This document shows positions 25,306 to 38,571 of a stretch of DNA of 64,000 nt, piece after piece. Each line of letters begins with the position of its first letter. Position 1 is the first letter of the stretch. The DNA comes from Octopus sinensis (taxonomy: Eukaryota). A program made the translations under genes and the position numbers. The notes beneath the pieces are model-generated. The model saw nothing but the letters and a program-made list of their open reading frames with translations, made no database searches and was not told the DNA's origin. Location of the stretch: NCBI RefSeq assembly GCF_006345805.1, contig NC_043018.1:6634001-6698000 (forward strand), given 5' to 3'.

Positions 25306-26361
25306 CAATGCAAACATACATACATACATATATATATTATCAACATCATCATCATCAGTTTTAACATCCATTTTTCATGCTGGCATGTACTCGCACACAC
25401 ACACACACACACACACACCACACACACACACACACAATACAATTAAAATATAGCAGAAAAGAATTACAAGGTAAATCTTAAAAAGCCAAACCAACAAGCC
25501 AGAGACTTAAGGAGTAACCAAGATCATAATTGTCAGATAATATCCATAGTTCCTCGTCTCAGTTGGTCATGTTTGAAATCATTGTATAGTGACCTTTGCT
25601 TCTGATAAGACCCTATGGACTGAATGCCTAAGAACCCTACTCCCATAAACTTCCCAGAAACGGTGACCAGAGAAACTGGATGGATGGAACTACAATACGA
25701 ATATATATATATATATATATGTTCTTTTGTTCTGTTAATGAAAGATGGGATTTTCAGGAAAAAGGATGTGACCTAGTAAAACAGACAGACTATCATTGCA
25801 ATCTGGAAAGGAGACCTGTGAAAGATATGCAAGAACTTTTCTGTTCTGAAGATCAGAATGGAACTCTTCACCAGTTCTGTTACCAAAATTCTAGCAATGA
25901 GTTGTCTTTCTTTGTCGGAAAAAGAAAACATGCACAAACACACGCAAACACATACTCATGTATTCATATGCATACATATATATACATACATGAATATATT
26001 ATATATATACACACACAAATGCACACATATATACATATATATGAAAAAACAACCGATAGAAAATGTATGCATATACTGAGTGTACAGCCGGACATGAGAG
26101 AGATAAAGAAGGTGCCTAATTCTTTATTAGTTATCAAACAAAATGGTAATACTTATGCATATATGTGTGCGTGTGTGTGTATAAATTTATATGCATGTGT
26201 GTGTGTGTGTATTTAATTGCAACTTTATTGCATAAATACGGATTTAAGTAACAAACCAAAACATGCATAGGCAACATGAGTTGCCTATTATGATAAATAT
26301 ATTAATTATTCTGTGTATGCATATACATTCTACATTTTCTTTCTATTCTTATATATATATA

Positions 26362-26670
26362 TCATCATCATCATCATCATCATCATCATTGTTTAACGTC
26401 CTCTTTCCATGCTAGCATGGGTTGGACGATTTGACTGAGGACTGGCGAGCCAGATGGCTGCACCACGCTCCAGTCTTGACCTGGCAGAGTTTCTACAGCT
26501 GAATGCCCTTCCTAACGCCAACCACTCCGAGAATTTAGTGGGTGCATTATATGTGCCACTGGCACGATGGCCAGTCAGACGGTACTGGCAACAGCCACGC
26601 TCAAATGGTATTTTTTACATGCCACCTGCACAGGAGTCAGTCCAGCGGCATTGGCAATGACCTCACTCGA
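26362..26670 (-). mobile_element. RTE 3' UTR retroposon (family C)
   Basis: Family C motifs and (CAT)n tail. Confidence 0.85.
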
Positions 26671-26756
26671 GCATGATGAATAGGTGTGTGTATACTTATA
26701 TATATATATATACATTATGCATGTATATATATTTGTACTTATATATATATATATAT

Positions 26757-26920
26757 TTGAAATTTAATAAGGGTAGAAATTGATATTAATCACTTAAAAC
26801 CATTGGCCTAGCATATTTTAAAAAATCCGAAGATTCCAAATTTTTTACATACAAAATTCAGAAGATAAACCACTAAAAGTGGACAGCCAGTATGCTAGAT
26901 ATAGACGTCAAAATCGCTAA
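26757..26920 (+). repeat. Dispersed repeat related to segment A (46343-46485) and 48730-48830
   Basis: Shared ataagggtagaaattgatattaat...aaaacca..gg.ctagcat and atgctaga.atag motifs. Confidence 0.6.
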
Positions 26921-27020
26921 TATGTGTATATATTGTATGCATGCATAAATACATATATATATATCTATATAATATATATATATATAATATATATATATAT
27001 ACACATATATATATATGTAT

Positions 27021-27258
27021 ATAATGGTATATACATATGCCTAATACTTATAGCGATTACTGTGCAATGACTAAGGAAAATAGTCTAATAATGGGGCATA
27101 TAAGCTCTCGACAGAAAAAAAGTAGGCTTTCCAATCCATGTGATAGGGAAAGCTTACTTTTTTCTGTCGAGGGCTTATATGCCCCATTATTAGACTATTT
27201 TTCCTTAATCGTTGCACAGGGATCGCTATAAGCAATAGGCATATGTATATACCATTAT
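27021..27258. repeat. Fold-back element with ~115-bp arms and a ~12-nt loop
   Basis: taaggaaaatagtctaataatggggcatataag pairs with cttatatgccccattattagactattttcctta, and pairing extends to both ends. Confidence 0.92.
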
Positions 27259-27345
27259 TATTATTTACAGGGTTGTAAAACTTGGCACCGTATAACAAAA
27301 GCATTCGTATATGTATATATATATTATCTGTCTATATATAATGTA

Positions 27346-27379
<34 letters not shown>

Positions 27380-27382
<3 letters not shown>

Positions 27383-27497
27383 ACTGCCAGATCTGACTGG
27401 CCTGGTGCAGCCTTCGGGCTCCCCAGACCCCAGTTGAACCGTCCAACCCATGCTAGCATGGAAAACGGACGCTAAATGATGATGATGATGATGATGA

Positions 27498-27500
<3 letters not shown>
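27380..27500 (+). mobile_element. Family C 3' end
   Basis: ccagatctgactggcctggtgcagcc...gatgatgat tail. Confidence 0.8.
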
Positions 27501-27531
<31 letters not shown>

Positions 27532-27533
<2 letters not shown>

Positions 27534-27941
27534 TCTTTACTCTTTTACTTGTTTCAGTCATTTGACTGCAACCGTGCTGGAGCACCGTCTTTAGTCGGGC
27601 AAATCGATCCCAGGACTTATTCTTTGTAAGCCTAGTACTTATTCTATTGGTCTCTTTTGCTGAACCGCTAAGTTATGGAGATGTAAACACACCAGCATCG
27701 GTTGTCAAGCGATGTTGGGGGGACAAACACAGACACACAAACACGCATGCACACACACACACACATATATACATACATATACATATATATGACAGGCTTC
27801 TTTCAGTTTCCGTCTACCAAATCCACTCACAAGGCTTTGGTCGGCCCGAGGCTATAGTAGAAGACACTTGCCCAAGGTGCCATGCAGTGGGACTGAACCT
27901 GGAACCATGTGGTTGGTAAGCAAGCTACTTACTACACAGCC
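27532..27941 (-). mobile_element. SINE family A, near full length
   Basis: Consensus match. Confidence 0.9.
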
Positions 27942-27952
27942 GTATATCTATA

Positions 27953-27999
<47 letters not shown>

Positions 28000-28680
28000 G
28001 TGTATATGTATGTATGTATAGATATATAAATCTGTATACATATATATGTGTGTGGATGTATGCTTATAGGTATGCATACATATATATCTATGTGTTTACG
28101 TCATAATTATATATCCACCTCACTTGCTGACATCCGGTATTCACACCCTATCCACACCCTCACCCCACACCCGCACCATCCACCCTTTCATACAATTCTA
28201 ACATTATTCTCTCTATTTCCTCCTCAAAATACACCCCCACCACACTACACCCACTTCCAAAAATATCGAAAACAGGCAAAAAACCCCCCAAAAAATCCCC
28301 AACCTGTTTCAAGAACATCGAGACCTTTTCCTTACATTCAAGGCATTTTTGGGTCATTCATTTATTTTTTTAATTATTTTTTTTATCGATTGACTGATTA
28401 CTTTATCTATAAATAATGATATTAATAATAATCATTGCGATAATAATAAACAAATAAAAATAAAACATAGAAGAAGAAGAAGAATTGATGATAATAAGAA
28501 TAATACTGATGTTGATGATCGCTGTTATCATTATTACTATTATTATCGTCATTATTATTATTATTATTATCTTCAATCATTGCTGTTAATGTTGTTATCA
28601 ATGATAATTTTGCTGTTGTTCCTTATAATCATCATAATTATTATGATTATAAAGACGATTATTGCAGAAGTTATTTCACA

Positions 28681-28712
<32 letters not shown>

Positions 28713-28875
28713 CCTTTCATCACAAAAGAAAACTGTCATTATCATTGTTATTATATAACACTCTCATGTTGTCACAAATATTATATCAATAATATATACC
28801 AAATATTATTAATATTATTATGTATTACTATCATTGTTGCTGTTATTATGACTATTCTAACTTCTATTACTATTG

Positions 28876-28915
<40 letters not shown>

Positions 28916-28923
28916 TATTATTA

Positions 28924-28969
<46 letters not shown>

Positions 28970-28984
28970 TTATTATTATGCGAA

Positions 28985-29608
28985 ACAGCAACCTGGCAGA
29001 ATCCTCAGCACATCAGCAAAATGCTTAACAGCATTTCATCCATCTTAAAGACGCTCTGAGTTCATATTCTTTTCTACCCAAGGCACAAAGCCCGAAATTT
29101 TGGGGGAGAGGGCTAGTCAATTAGATCGACCCCAGTCTGCAACTGGTACTTAATTTATCGACCCTGAAAGGATGAAAGCCAAATGCAACCTCATCAGAAT
29201 TTGAACTCACAACATAAAGGCAGACGAAATACTGCTAAGCATTTTGCCCAGCATGCTAACATTTCTGCCAGCTCGCTGCCTTTCTGAGTTCAAATTCTGC
29301 CAAAGTCGACTTTGCCTTTCAGGATCGATAAAATAAGTACTAGGACAGATATGATCCACTAAATCCCCACCCTCGAAATTATCAGCCTTGTGGCAAGCTG
29401 GCAGAGTCAGTAGCATGCCAAGCAAAATAATTAGTGGCATTTTGTTCATCTTTACATCCTTAGTTCAAATTCCATTGAGGTCGACTTTGTATTTTATCCT
29501 TTCAGGGTCGATAAAATAAGTACCTGTCACATGTTAAGGTCGATGAAATCCACTACCCTCACCTCCCCCAAATTTCAGGCCTTGTTCCTACATTAAAAAG
29601 GATACTTA

Positions 29609-29655
<47 letters not shown>

Positions 29656-29925
29656 GTTGTCGTTATTGTTGTTGTTGACATTACTACTATTCTTAAGGTG
29701 GTGAGCTGGAGAAGGCAGCAAGCTGGCAGAACTGTTAGCATGCCGGGTGAAATACTTAGCAGTATTTCTTCTGCCATTAAGTTCTGAGTTTAAATTCCAG
29801 CAAGGTTGACTTTGCCTTTCATCCTTTCGGGGTCGATAAATTAAGTACTAGTTGAGTACTGGGGTCGATGTAATTGACTATCCCCCTCCCCAAAATTTCA
29901 GGCCTTGTACCTATAGTAGAAAAAT
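28985..29925. mobile_element. Cluster of SINE family B copies in both orientations, interleaved with (ATT)n
   Basis: Repeated gtcgactttgcctttcatcc...gtcgataaa domain at ~29150(-), 29310, 29480 and 29810. Confidence 0.8.
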
Positions 29926-30540
29926 GGATCATTCTTGCCACATTGTCATGGAGTCTTTTATATTTGCGTTGTGCCAATTTTGGGCATTTGCTAATGATAT
30001 GCCATGCTGCTTCACCCCTCTCACCACAAATTCTACATTTGTCAATATCAGTAGTGTTGTCTATTCTGCACTTCATATAATTGATCCTTAATGCCTGTTC
30101 CTGAGCTGCGCAAATGAGTACTTCTGTCTCTATCTTCAGGTCACTCCTCCCCACCCATAGCCATCACTGGTCCTCTGTAGCTGTCTTCACATTCACATCT
30201 CTTGCAAACTGAATGAACATTTTTTTCATCCCATGCCTTTTCTTCTTTTGTTCATTTCTTGTTTAAATTTCTTTCCTTACACAATTTTCAGTTTTGATGA
30301 CACCTGCCTTCTTCATATGTTTTAAAAATAGCTCCATGGCATTTTTTATATACCACCCTAACTTGTTTTCCTCTGCTCCGATACAGTCCTGGTAACTGAT
30401 CAAACCTCTCCCACCCTTTATTCTGGACAATTGGTGTCACTCTTAGGGTAGAAGGATCCGTGAACAGTCAACATTTTGCTGGTCTTGGTGTCTATTTTCA
30501 TCAATTCTCTCTTTTGCCATTTTGTAATTCCCACTCCATA
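29926..30540 (-). pseudogene. R4/Dong-like non-LTR fragment (RT C-terminal linker and CCHC)
   Basis: GVGITKWQKRELMKIDTKTSKMLTVHGSFYPKSD; SDLKIETEVLICAAQEQALRINY...KCRICGERGEAAWHIISKCPKLAQRKYKRLHDNVARMIH. Confidence 0.88.
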
Positions 30541-30584
30541 CCAAGAATTATCATCATCATTATCATCATCATCATTATTATTAT

Positions 30585-30759
30585 TAAGGCGGCAAACTGG
30601 CAGAATCGTTAGCATTTTGAGTTCAAATGCTGCCAAGGTTGACTTTGCCTTTCATCTTTTCAGGACCAGTAAAAGAAGTACCAGTGATACACTGGGATTG
30701 ATGTAATCAACTAGTTCCTTCCCCCACAAATTTCAGGCCTTGTGCCTATAGTAGAGAGG

Positions 30760-30760
<1 letters not shown>
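30585..30760 (+). mobile_element. SINE family B variant with (ATT)n tail
   Basis: aaggcggcaaactggcagaatcgttagc head. Confidence 0.8.
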
Positions 30761-30821
<61 letters not shown>

Positions 30822-31374
30822 TATTATTATTATTGTTGTTGTTGTTGTTGTTGTTAGTAATAGTAATAGCAGCAGCAGCAGCAGCAGAGGTAGTAATAGT
30901 AGCAGTAGTAGTAGTAGTATTCTTTGTTGCTTCATTACTGCCATCTATTTTCATTCTCATTGAACTAACTATTCCACATCATCCACATCACAACATCACC
31001 ACCACCACCACAATTTTTCAATGCCACCACCACCACCACTTCAGCTTGCACTATGCTACCACCTGCACTATAAAGAACCAATACATTGCATCATAACCTC
31101 CACCACAACGCACTGCACCGCACCACGACATGTCACCGCCCCCACCTCACCTCACCTCCTCTGCCATCTCACTTCATCAAGACTCTTTTAGCATTCTTGG
31201 GATTCTTCAAGTTATTCTGATTGATTCAGCTCTACCCCCCAAACCCCACCGACCCTCCCTCCCTCCTTTTCTGTCATTCTTGTTAAACGTGATGACGATG
31301 ATTATGGTGATGATGGGAAGATGATGTAATAGCACAGATGAGGAAGGTGGTGATGATGATAATGATGATGATGA

Positions 31375-31415
<41 letters not shown>

Positions 31416-31632
31416 CAATAATTACAACGTTCATTGCTGCTGTTGTCACTGATGGTGATGATGGTGATGGTAATGATGATGATGATGATGACGATGATGA
31501 TAATGATGATGATGATGATAATGATGATGATGATGATAATGATGATGATGATGATAATGATGATGATGATGATAACGACAATAATTACAACGATCATTGC
31601 TGCTGCTGTTGTTGTCCCTGATGGTGATGGTA

Positions 31633-31675
<43 letters not shown>

Positions 31676-31985
31676 CGACGTTGATGATAATGACGAATGG
31701 TGGTGGCAATGTTGGTGGTGGTGGTTGCGTTGATGATGATGATGATGTATGTGCTGTCAGTAAAGTGCACAGCTCAAGATGCTTGATAAATACATCATCA
31801 TCATCACCATCACCAGCAACATTGTCATCACCATCATCAGCGTCATCAGCATCATCATCATCATCATCATCACCACCACCATCATTAACATCCTTGTTAT
31901 CATCATTACCCTCATCAGCCCCATCATCATCACCGTTGTCAATATCATCACCCTCCCATCAACATCATCATCATTGTTGTCATGG
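30760..31985. repeat. Mosaic trinucleotide repeats (ATT, GTT, AGC, GAT, CAT) with a ~165-bp local duplication
   Basis: gacaataattacaacg.tcattgctgctg occurs at ~31415 and ~31577. Confidence 0.85.
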
Positions 31986-32057
31986 TTTTATCTGTTCTTG
32001 CACGATGCACTTGCTTTCACCCTGAAGTCACTCCTCTCCCTCTCTCTCTCACACACA

Positions 32058-32088
<31 letters not shown>

Positions 32089-32255
32089 TATCTATATAAC
32101 ACAAACATGCACATACACATCATGACATGTAATTATATATATATGCATGTGTGTGTATATATGTATATATATATATATATATATGTATATGTATATATAT
32201 GTGTATATATATATATGTATACATCTACATATATATATACATATGTATACATATA

Positions 32256-32297
<42 letters not shown>

Positions 32298-32298
32298 A

Positions 32299-32347
<49 letters not shown>

Positions 32348-32467
32348 GTGTGTGTGTATGTGTGTACTCAAACATATATATACATGTAGATATATGAAGA
32401 TACATGCATCTCTATATACACTCACTATATAATGCAACTATTCACCATTCACACACACACACATATT

Positions 32468-33255
32468 CAGGGTGCGATGTGTAAATTGTCACAATTTAAA
32501 TTTTTTTTATTTCATGCATGCACATTGCTTGTTTTTGATTTTGTCAACTACTCAGTATGGTAGGGTCAGTTGGGCACTGACTGTGAGAAAAACAGCACCA
32601 CAGCGCAATTCACTCTGCCAGAAATTTGGAAACGGCATGCTGTACTGCTTTGCATTTGTGCCAGAAGCTCTAATAAGAACATTTCAGAGTGCTTGGGTGT
32701 GAATCTGAAGACATGTACCATGAGTGATAAAAATCAAACATCTGATCAACATCACGGTGTTTGGAGTGACCAATAGTGATCATGACGTTATGCCTCCATT
32801 CATCTTCCCACACGACCTCAGACTCAACACGGAAGCATACATCAAGTGCCTTCGAGGAAGTATTGCTGCCCTGAGTCAAGAGGGTGGCTGCTGGAAGACC
32901 TTATGTCTGGCAACAGGACTCTGCACCATGCCACACAAGCAGGAGAACCCAGTCATGGCTGTCAGACAATTTCTGCGACCACATCACCCCTAACATCTGG
33001 CCACCTAACTCCCCAGACTGCAACCCCCTTGGTTATTATGCGTAGGGCACAGTTGAGCAGGAGACCAACAAAATTCCTTGTAAAACCATAAACCGAAAGC
33101 AAGGATTATGGCAGCATTCACCAACTTAAACAAGGAGACCATCCAGAAGAGTTGCCGGAGATTCTGAAGTTGTTTGTGACCCTGGTTGAAGCCGATGGCA
33201 AATTTTATTTTGTATTTCAAGATATTTTTATGTAATTTTGGTAAATATATCTGTT
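32468..33255 (+). mobile_element. DD37D/maT Tc1-mariner transposon relic, internally deleted
   Basis: Starts cagggtg; HTH-like EIWKRHAVLLCICARSSNKNISECLGVNLKT; catalytic YVWQQDSAPCHT...WPPNSPDCNPL(G)YY with 37 residues between the second D and the third acidic position, here mutated to G. Confidence 0.88.
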
Positions 33256-33264
33256 AAACCTCAT

Positions 33265-33795
33265 CTACTACAACCACTACCACCATCACCTGCACCATCA
33301 ACACCATCACCACCACTAACTTCGCTATCATCCCCACAAACACCATGTCCTCCATCACTACACCACCACCACTACCACCACCACCACCACTACCACCACC
33401 ACCATCACCACAACCACTGCTTCCACTAACACTATAACCTCCATAACCAGAAGACCACCACTACCACCATCACCACAACCACTGCTTCCACTAACACTAT
33501 AACCTCCATAACCACAAGACTACCTCCATGACCACCACTATCAACACCACCACCACCACCACCACCACCACCACCACCATCACCACCTTTACGACCATCA
33601 CTATCATCACCACTGTCATCACTACCACAGCCACTAACACCATAGTTTCTTCCACCATCACGCATCCTCTGCTTCCACCACCATTACAACCACCATCACC
33701 AACACCACTACCACAACTACCGCCACGACCACAACCGCAATAACAACCACCGTCACCACCACCACCACAACCTCCCCACAAACACCACCATCCTA
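33265..33795. repeat. (ACC)n-rich tract with a ~63-bp duplication
   Basis: ccactgcttccactaacactataacctccataacca occurs twice. Confidence 0.85.
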
Positions 33796-34059
33796 AACCA
33801 AGTACAAACTTCATAATTCTATATAAAAAGAGAATTATGTAATTACTCAAGGTTAAGCCAGTCTTTCAGTACCGCTGCCATTTTGGAGGGTTTTTTTTTC
33901 TTTTTAAATGCAGCGGTACTGCTGTACTGCTGCTCTGGGAAATGCAGTAGGGCTGAAGCGATCGATCACACTGATAACATTTCAACAAAAATAGCAAACT
34001 CTGCCCTCCCCACCCACCCCTTCCACCTGTCTAATAATTTCTTTATCATCGTTAGCATC

Positions 34060-35003
34060 ACCAACACAACCACCACCATCACCAGCATTATCATCATCAT
34101 TATCATCATCATCATCATTATAATCATTATAATCATCATCATCGTTGTCATCATTATGCGGACATACTATCGCCAACACCATGGTTACAACAATGACATG
34201 GCCACACATACTAGTACTAGTACTACTACTACTGCTGCTGCTGCTACTATTACCACGACCAATACTACTACTGCTACTATTACCACCACTAACACCACTA
34301 CTACTACTAGTGCTGCTGCTACTGCTACTACTATTACCACCACCACTACTACTACTGCTACTATTACCACAACTGCTACTACTACTATGACAACAACTAT
34401 AACTACTTTCACTATCCCTGATACTATTACTGCTGCTGCTTCTACTACTACTGTTAGTACCATTCTAACCACCACTCTACCACCACATCCGCAAGCATCT
34501 CTGAAACTACAATCAACACCACCACCACCACCACCACCACCACTTCTGCAAGCATCTCCGAAACTACCATCAACACCACTACCACCATCACCACCACCAC
34601 CATTACAACAAACATCTCCAAAATTACAATCATCACCACTACCACCACCACCACCACCATCACTACCACCACCACCATCACTACCGCCACCACCATCACT
34701 ACCACCACCACCACCACCATCACTACCACCACCACCACCATCACTACCACCACCACCATCACCACTACCACAAGCATCCCTCAAAACTACCATCACCAAC
34801 ACTACCACCTTCACTACTACCACCATCACTACGACGACGACGACCACCATACGACCACTACCACCACCACCATCACCACTACCACAAGCATCCCTCAAAA
34901 CTATCATCACCAACACTACCACCTTCACTACTACCACCATCACTACGACAACAACCACCACGACCACCATACCACCACTACCACCACCACCATCACCACC
35001 ACA
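34060..35003. repeat. (CAT)/(ACT)/(ACC) tract with internal 60-120-bp tandem units
   Basis: caagcatccctcaaaacta.catcaccaacactacc occurs twice; ca.gcatct..gaaacta.. occurs three times. Confidence 0.85.
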
Positions 35004-35166
35004 AGAGATGCAGTTTGATGCAGACAAAACTACTGCAATTGTGAAACGTGCAGCTATTTGCAGGTATAACATCCTGATAAGATGCATTAATCATTCAGTA
35101 TTTGTTCCTGTAAGGTTTAATTAGCATTCTGCACCTATTGCACCTACTGCAATCTATTGCACTTAC

Positions 35167-35211
35167 TGCACTTTTGAAGCAAACAAAGAACCTCCTATGT
35201 GGTCATTCAAC
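35167..35211 (-). CDS. Candidate 45-bp coding exon (xLNDHIGGSLFASKVx)
   Basis: Acceptor ggctgctgtttcttgtag, donor GCA|gtaagt, length a multiple of 3, only one open frame. Confidence 0.45.
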
Positions 35212-35499
35212 CTACAAGAAACAGCAGCCAAGTTACCCTAAATCATCACTGACCAATGGTCAGTCACTATCTGTCATCATTTTTATACTTGTTCCAGTCA
35301 TTAGACCGTGGCCATACTGGGGCACTACATTGATTTTAGTTGAATTTTTTAAAAGCTTGGTACTTGTTCTATCAGTTTCTTTTGTCAAACTGTTTAGAGG
35401 GAAGTAAGGACATAAACATACCAACACCGGGTGTCAAGTGTTGGTGGGGGACAAACACAAACACAAAGTCACACACACACACACAGACATAATTTTCTC

Positions 35500-35760
35500 T
35501 CTAGAATGTAACGGCAGACGAAATACCTATTTCTTTACTACCCACAAGGGGCTAAATGCAGAGAGGACAAACAAGGACAGACACATGGATTAAGTCGATT
35601 ATATCGACCCCAGTGTGTAACTAGTACTTAATTTATCGACCCTGAAAGGATGAAAGGCAAAGTTGACCTCGGCAGAATTTGAACTCAGAACGTAACTGCA
35701 GACAAAATACGACTACACATTTTGCCCAGCGTGCTAACAATTCTGCCAGCTCACCGCCAT
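35500..35760 (-). mobile_element. SINE family B
   Basis: Consensus match. Confidence 0.88.
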
Positions 35761-36020
35761 ATTCATCTGTCTTGTAGCCATATAGCCTTCTTTTTTGTTA
35801 TATTTGTATAATTATTACAATTATTTGAGCTTGTCACGTTTGTTTTCATTACTGTCCTCTACATTAATTAGCTATTCCCAGTGGCTTTTTGCAACTGGTG
35901 CCACCAAGAGTAAACAATATCAATGACAACAGCACGGAATGGTAATAATTTTTGGACATTGACTGATGAGGAATTAGCAACAAATTTTCCATTCATTATG
36001 TTTTTGTTAAATTTTAAGCA

Positions 36021-36430
36021 CAGGAGTGGCTGTGTGGTAAGTAGCTTGCTTACCAACCACATGGTTCTGGATTCAGGCCCACTGCGTGGCCCCTTGGGCA
36101 AGTGTCCTCTGCTATAGCCCCGGGCCAACCAATGCCTTGTGAGTGGATTTGGTAGACGGAAACTGAAAGAAGCCTGTCATATATATGTGTATATATATGT
36201 ATGTGTGTGTATATGTTTGTGTGTCTGTGTTTGTCCCCCCACCATCGCTTGATAACCGATGCTGGTGTGTTTACATCCCTGTCACTTAGCGGTTCGGCAT
36301 AAGAGAACGATAGAATAAGTACTGGGCTTACAAAGAATAAGTCCCGAGGTCGAGTTGCTCGATTAAAGCTGGTGCTCCAGCATGGCCGCAGTCAAATGAC
36401 TGAAAGAAGTAAAAGAGTAAAAGAGTAAAA
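36021..36430 (+). mobile_element. SINE family A, full length
   Basis: Head and (aaagagta)n tail intact. Confidence 0.92.
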
Positions 36431-36479
36431 GATATATATATATGTATGTGTGTGTGTATATGTTTGTGTGTCTGTGTTT

Positions 36480-37052
36480 GTTATCATTGTTATTATCATT
36501 ATCATTATTATTATTTTTATTAAGTGAGAGAGCAAGGCATGTCATAAAAGTTACATTGGGATACAAATATATGAAGTTCTGATAAGGAAGGGTACACCAG
36601 GCACATAAATCACAACCATATGTGTGCGACAGAGTGACCTCATATCAAAATAAACAGTGCATGACCTTGCAGGTGGGGCCCAGTTAGAATTTTCTTCTGG
36701 TTGAGTAGACCATCACACTCAAAAGGTCCCTGAATAAGTTTTGTTTAAAGATGATGAACAAAACACCCATGTTTCCAAAGGTGAATTATCCAAAACCCAA
36801 ATAATTCTTCTCAACACATAGCTATGATGCTCCCCCACTACTTCTGCTTGTGATCAGAGATGCACATATCGTCAGCCACTAAGGGACATGCTCAACTGAT
36901 TAAGGTCAAACAACTGACAAGCAAATCTGTGGTATTGAGCAGAATATTTTTTGCGGCCCATCTTTTACACCTAAACAAAACATGTACATAACACTTCCAA
37001 TCAGTTAAGATCAGAGGCCATGAGAGCCACTGTCTGGTAATGCATCAGGGCA
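36480..37052 (-). mobile_element. Probable 5'-truncated retroposon with a (TAA)n-like tail
   Basis: Non-microsatellite block ending in taataataat on the minus strand. Family assignment is from recall only. Confidence 0.4.
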
Positions 37053-37069
37053 TATATTATTATTTTCAA

Positions 37070-37517
37070 CCGGCTTTCATGCCAGTAGCACATAAAAGGG
37101 CACTATTTGAGTGTGATCATTACCGGCGTCACCTGACTGGCACTTGTGCCCATGCTAGTAGGGTGCCAAGAGCACTATCCAAATGTGATGCCAGTGGCAC
37201 ATAAAAGGGCACCATTCGAGCGTGATCGTTACCAACATCGCCTTACTGGCACCTGTGCCGGTGGCATGTGTAAAAAGATTCAAGCGAGGTCATTGCCAGT
37301 ACCGCCTGACTGGCCCTCATGCCAGTGGCATGTAAAAAGCACCCACTACACTCTCGGAGTGATTGGCGTTAGGAAGGGCATCCAGCTGTAGAAACTCTGC
37401 CAGATCAAGATTGGAGCCTGGTGCAGCCATCTGGTTTGCCAGCCCTCAGTGAAAATCGTCCAACCCATGCCAGCATGGAAAGCGGATGTTAAACGATGAT
37501 GATGATGATGATGATGA
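37070..37517 (+). mobile_element. RTE 3' UTR retroposon (family C)
   Basis: Family C motifs and (GAT)n tail. Confidence 0.88.
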
Positions 37518-37519
37518 TC

Positions 37520-37850
37520 TTTCAATTCTGTTTTTATTTCTTGCTGAGTGTCGTCCTGACACCTAGGGCTGAGAAACATTGTATACATTGGTAGGCCATT
37601 AAAATAAACACTCCAGATTGTTCATTTACAAAGTCATGTGACAGAGAAAAAAGGGGAAGAAAGACAGAGAGAAAAAGAAAAATAGAAAAGTAAACAAATA
37701 AAATAAAGAGGAAAAAGAAAGAAAATTCAAGGTGACAATGCTCTTCTCAATACATGTGATGTATTAGTTGACACAATTTTGTGCACTTTCTGCATGGATG
37801 GTAAACCAAGGATCATTCCCAAATAAAATTGTACTTGTTTGAAGCTCTGG
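37520..37850 (-). mobile_element. R4/Dong-like 3' end
   Basis: Encodes YLGMILGLPSMQKVHKIVSTNTSHVLRRALSP*; UTR shares cacctagggc.gagaa with 6590. Confidence 0.7.
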
Positions 37851-37971
37851 TGAAGCTATCAGGTCACACACAAGCATTCAACTATGAGTGCATTACATCT
37901 TATAGCAGAAACAGATGTAAGCTAATGAAATTCATTACATAATTTCTTATACCTGTGTCATTTTGATTTCT

Positions 37972-38014
<43 letters not shown>

Positions 38015-38571
38015 TGGATGTGTGGATGGATGGATGGATAAATAAATAAATAGTTATTGCCAACATGTGAGTATGATTTGAGGGTATGTAGCTTGTTTTT
38101 ACTAATTATTTTAGGTGTTTATGCAGTTACAGGCAGACGTGGACACCACCAACATGTTTCACACAAACCCTCCTACTCCACTCCTAATTTCCCCACCCAA
38201 TTTGCCCCCACTCTTGGGCTATTTGCAGAAGACATTCACCCAAGGCGCCATTTAGTGGGACTGAACCCAAAACTTCATGGTTGGAAAGTGAATTTCTTAA
38301 CTATACAGCCAGAACTGTGTCTATAAACAAAATTCCAGTTTTCTAATAACCAATTTTTTAAAAATTCAAATTATTTTTTTCTAAATTGAATTTTTTCCTT
38401 TTTCTAAATTGAATTTCTTTTTTCCTTAGATTGAACCAGACGAATTCTGTAGGCGAACGAAATAAACTCCAAAAATAATCTTTTGACTCAAGACATAAAA
38501 TGTAAATGTAAATTGAGCAATTAGAAAGAAACTAAAATCAATGAGATCAATCACAATTATGAATTTAAAAT

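Noticed and set aside
25725-25925. ~65-codon open frame in unique sequence
   Set aside because: No consistent splice-site pair or recognisable motif on either strand.
28090-28420. C-rich unusual-composition stretch
   Set aside because: Irregular homopolymers suggest poorly polished long-read sequence of a low-complexity tract.
33883-35124. 413-aa Thr/Pro-rich mucin-like ORF
   Set aside because: Almost entirely (CAT)/(ACT)/(ACC) microsatellite, which lacks stops by composition; starts at a non-ATG codon; similar tracts are scattered through the window.
35167-35211. Similarity of IGGSLFASKVQ to the KCNQ S6 end (ILGSGFALKVQ) plus the IQ-like exon at 50.8 kb
   Set aside because: The order on the minus strand is reversed relative to KCNQ and the preceding residues are not transmembrane; treated as coincidence.
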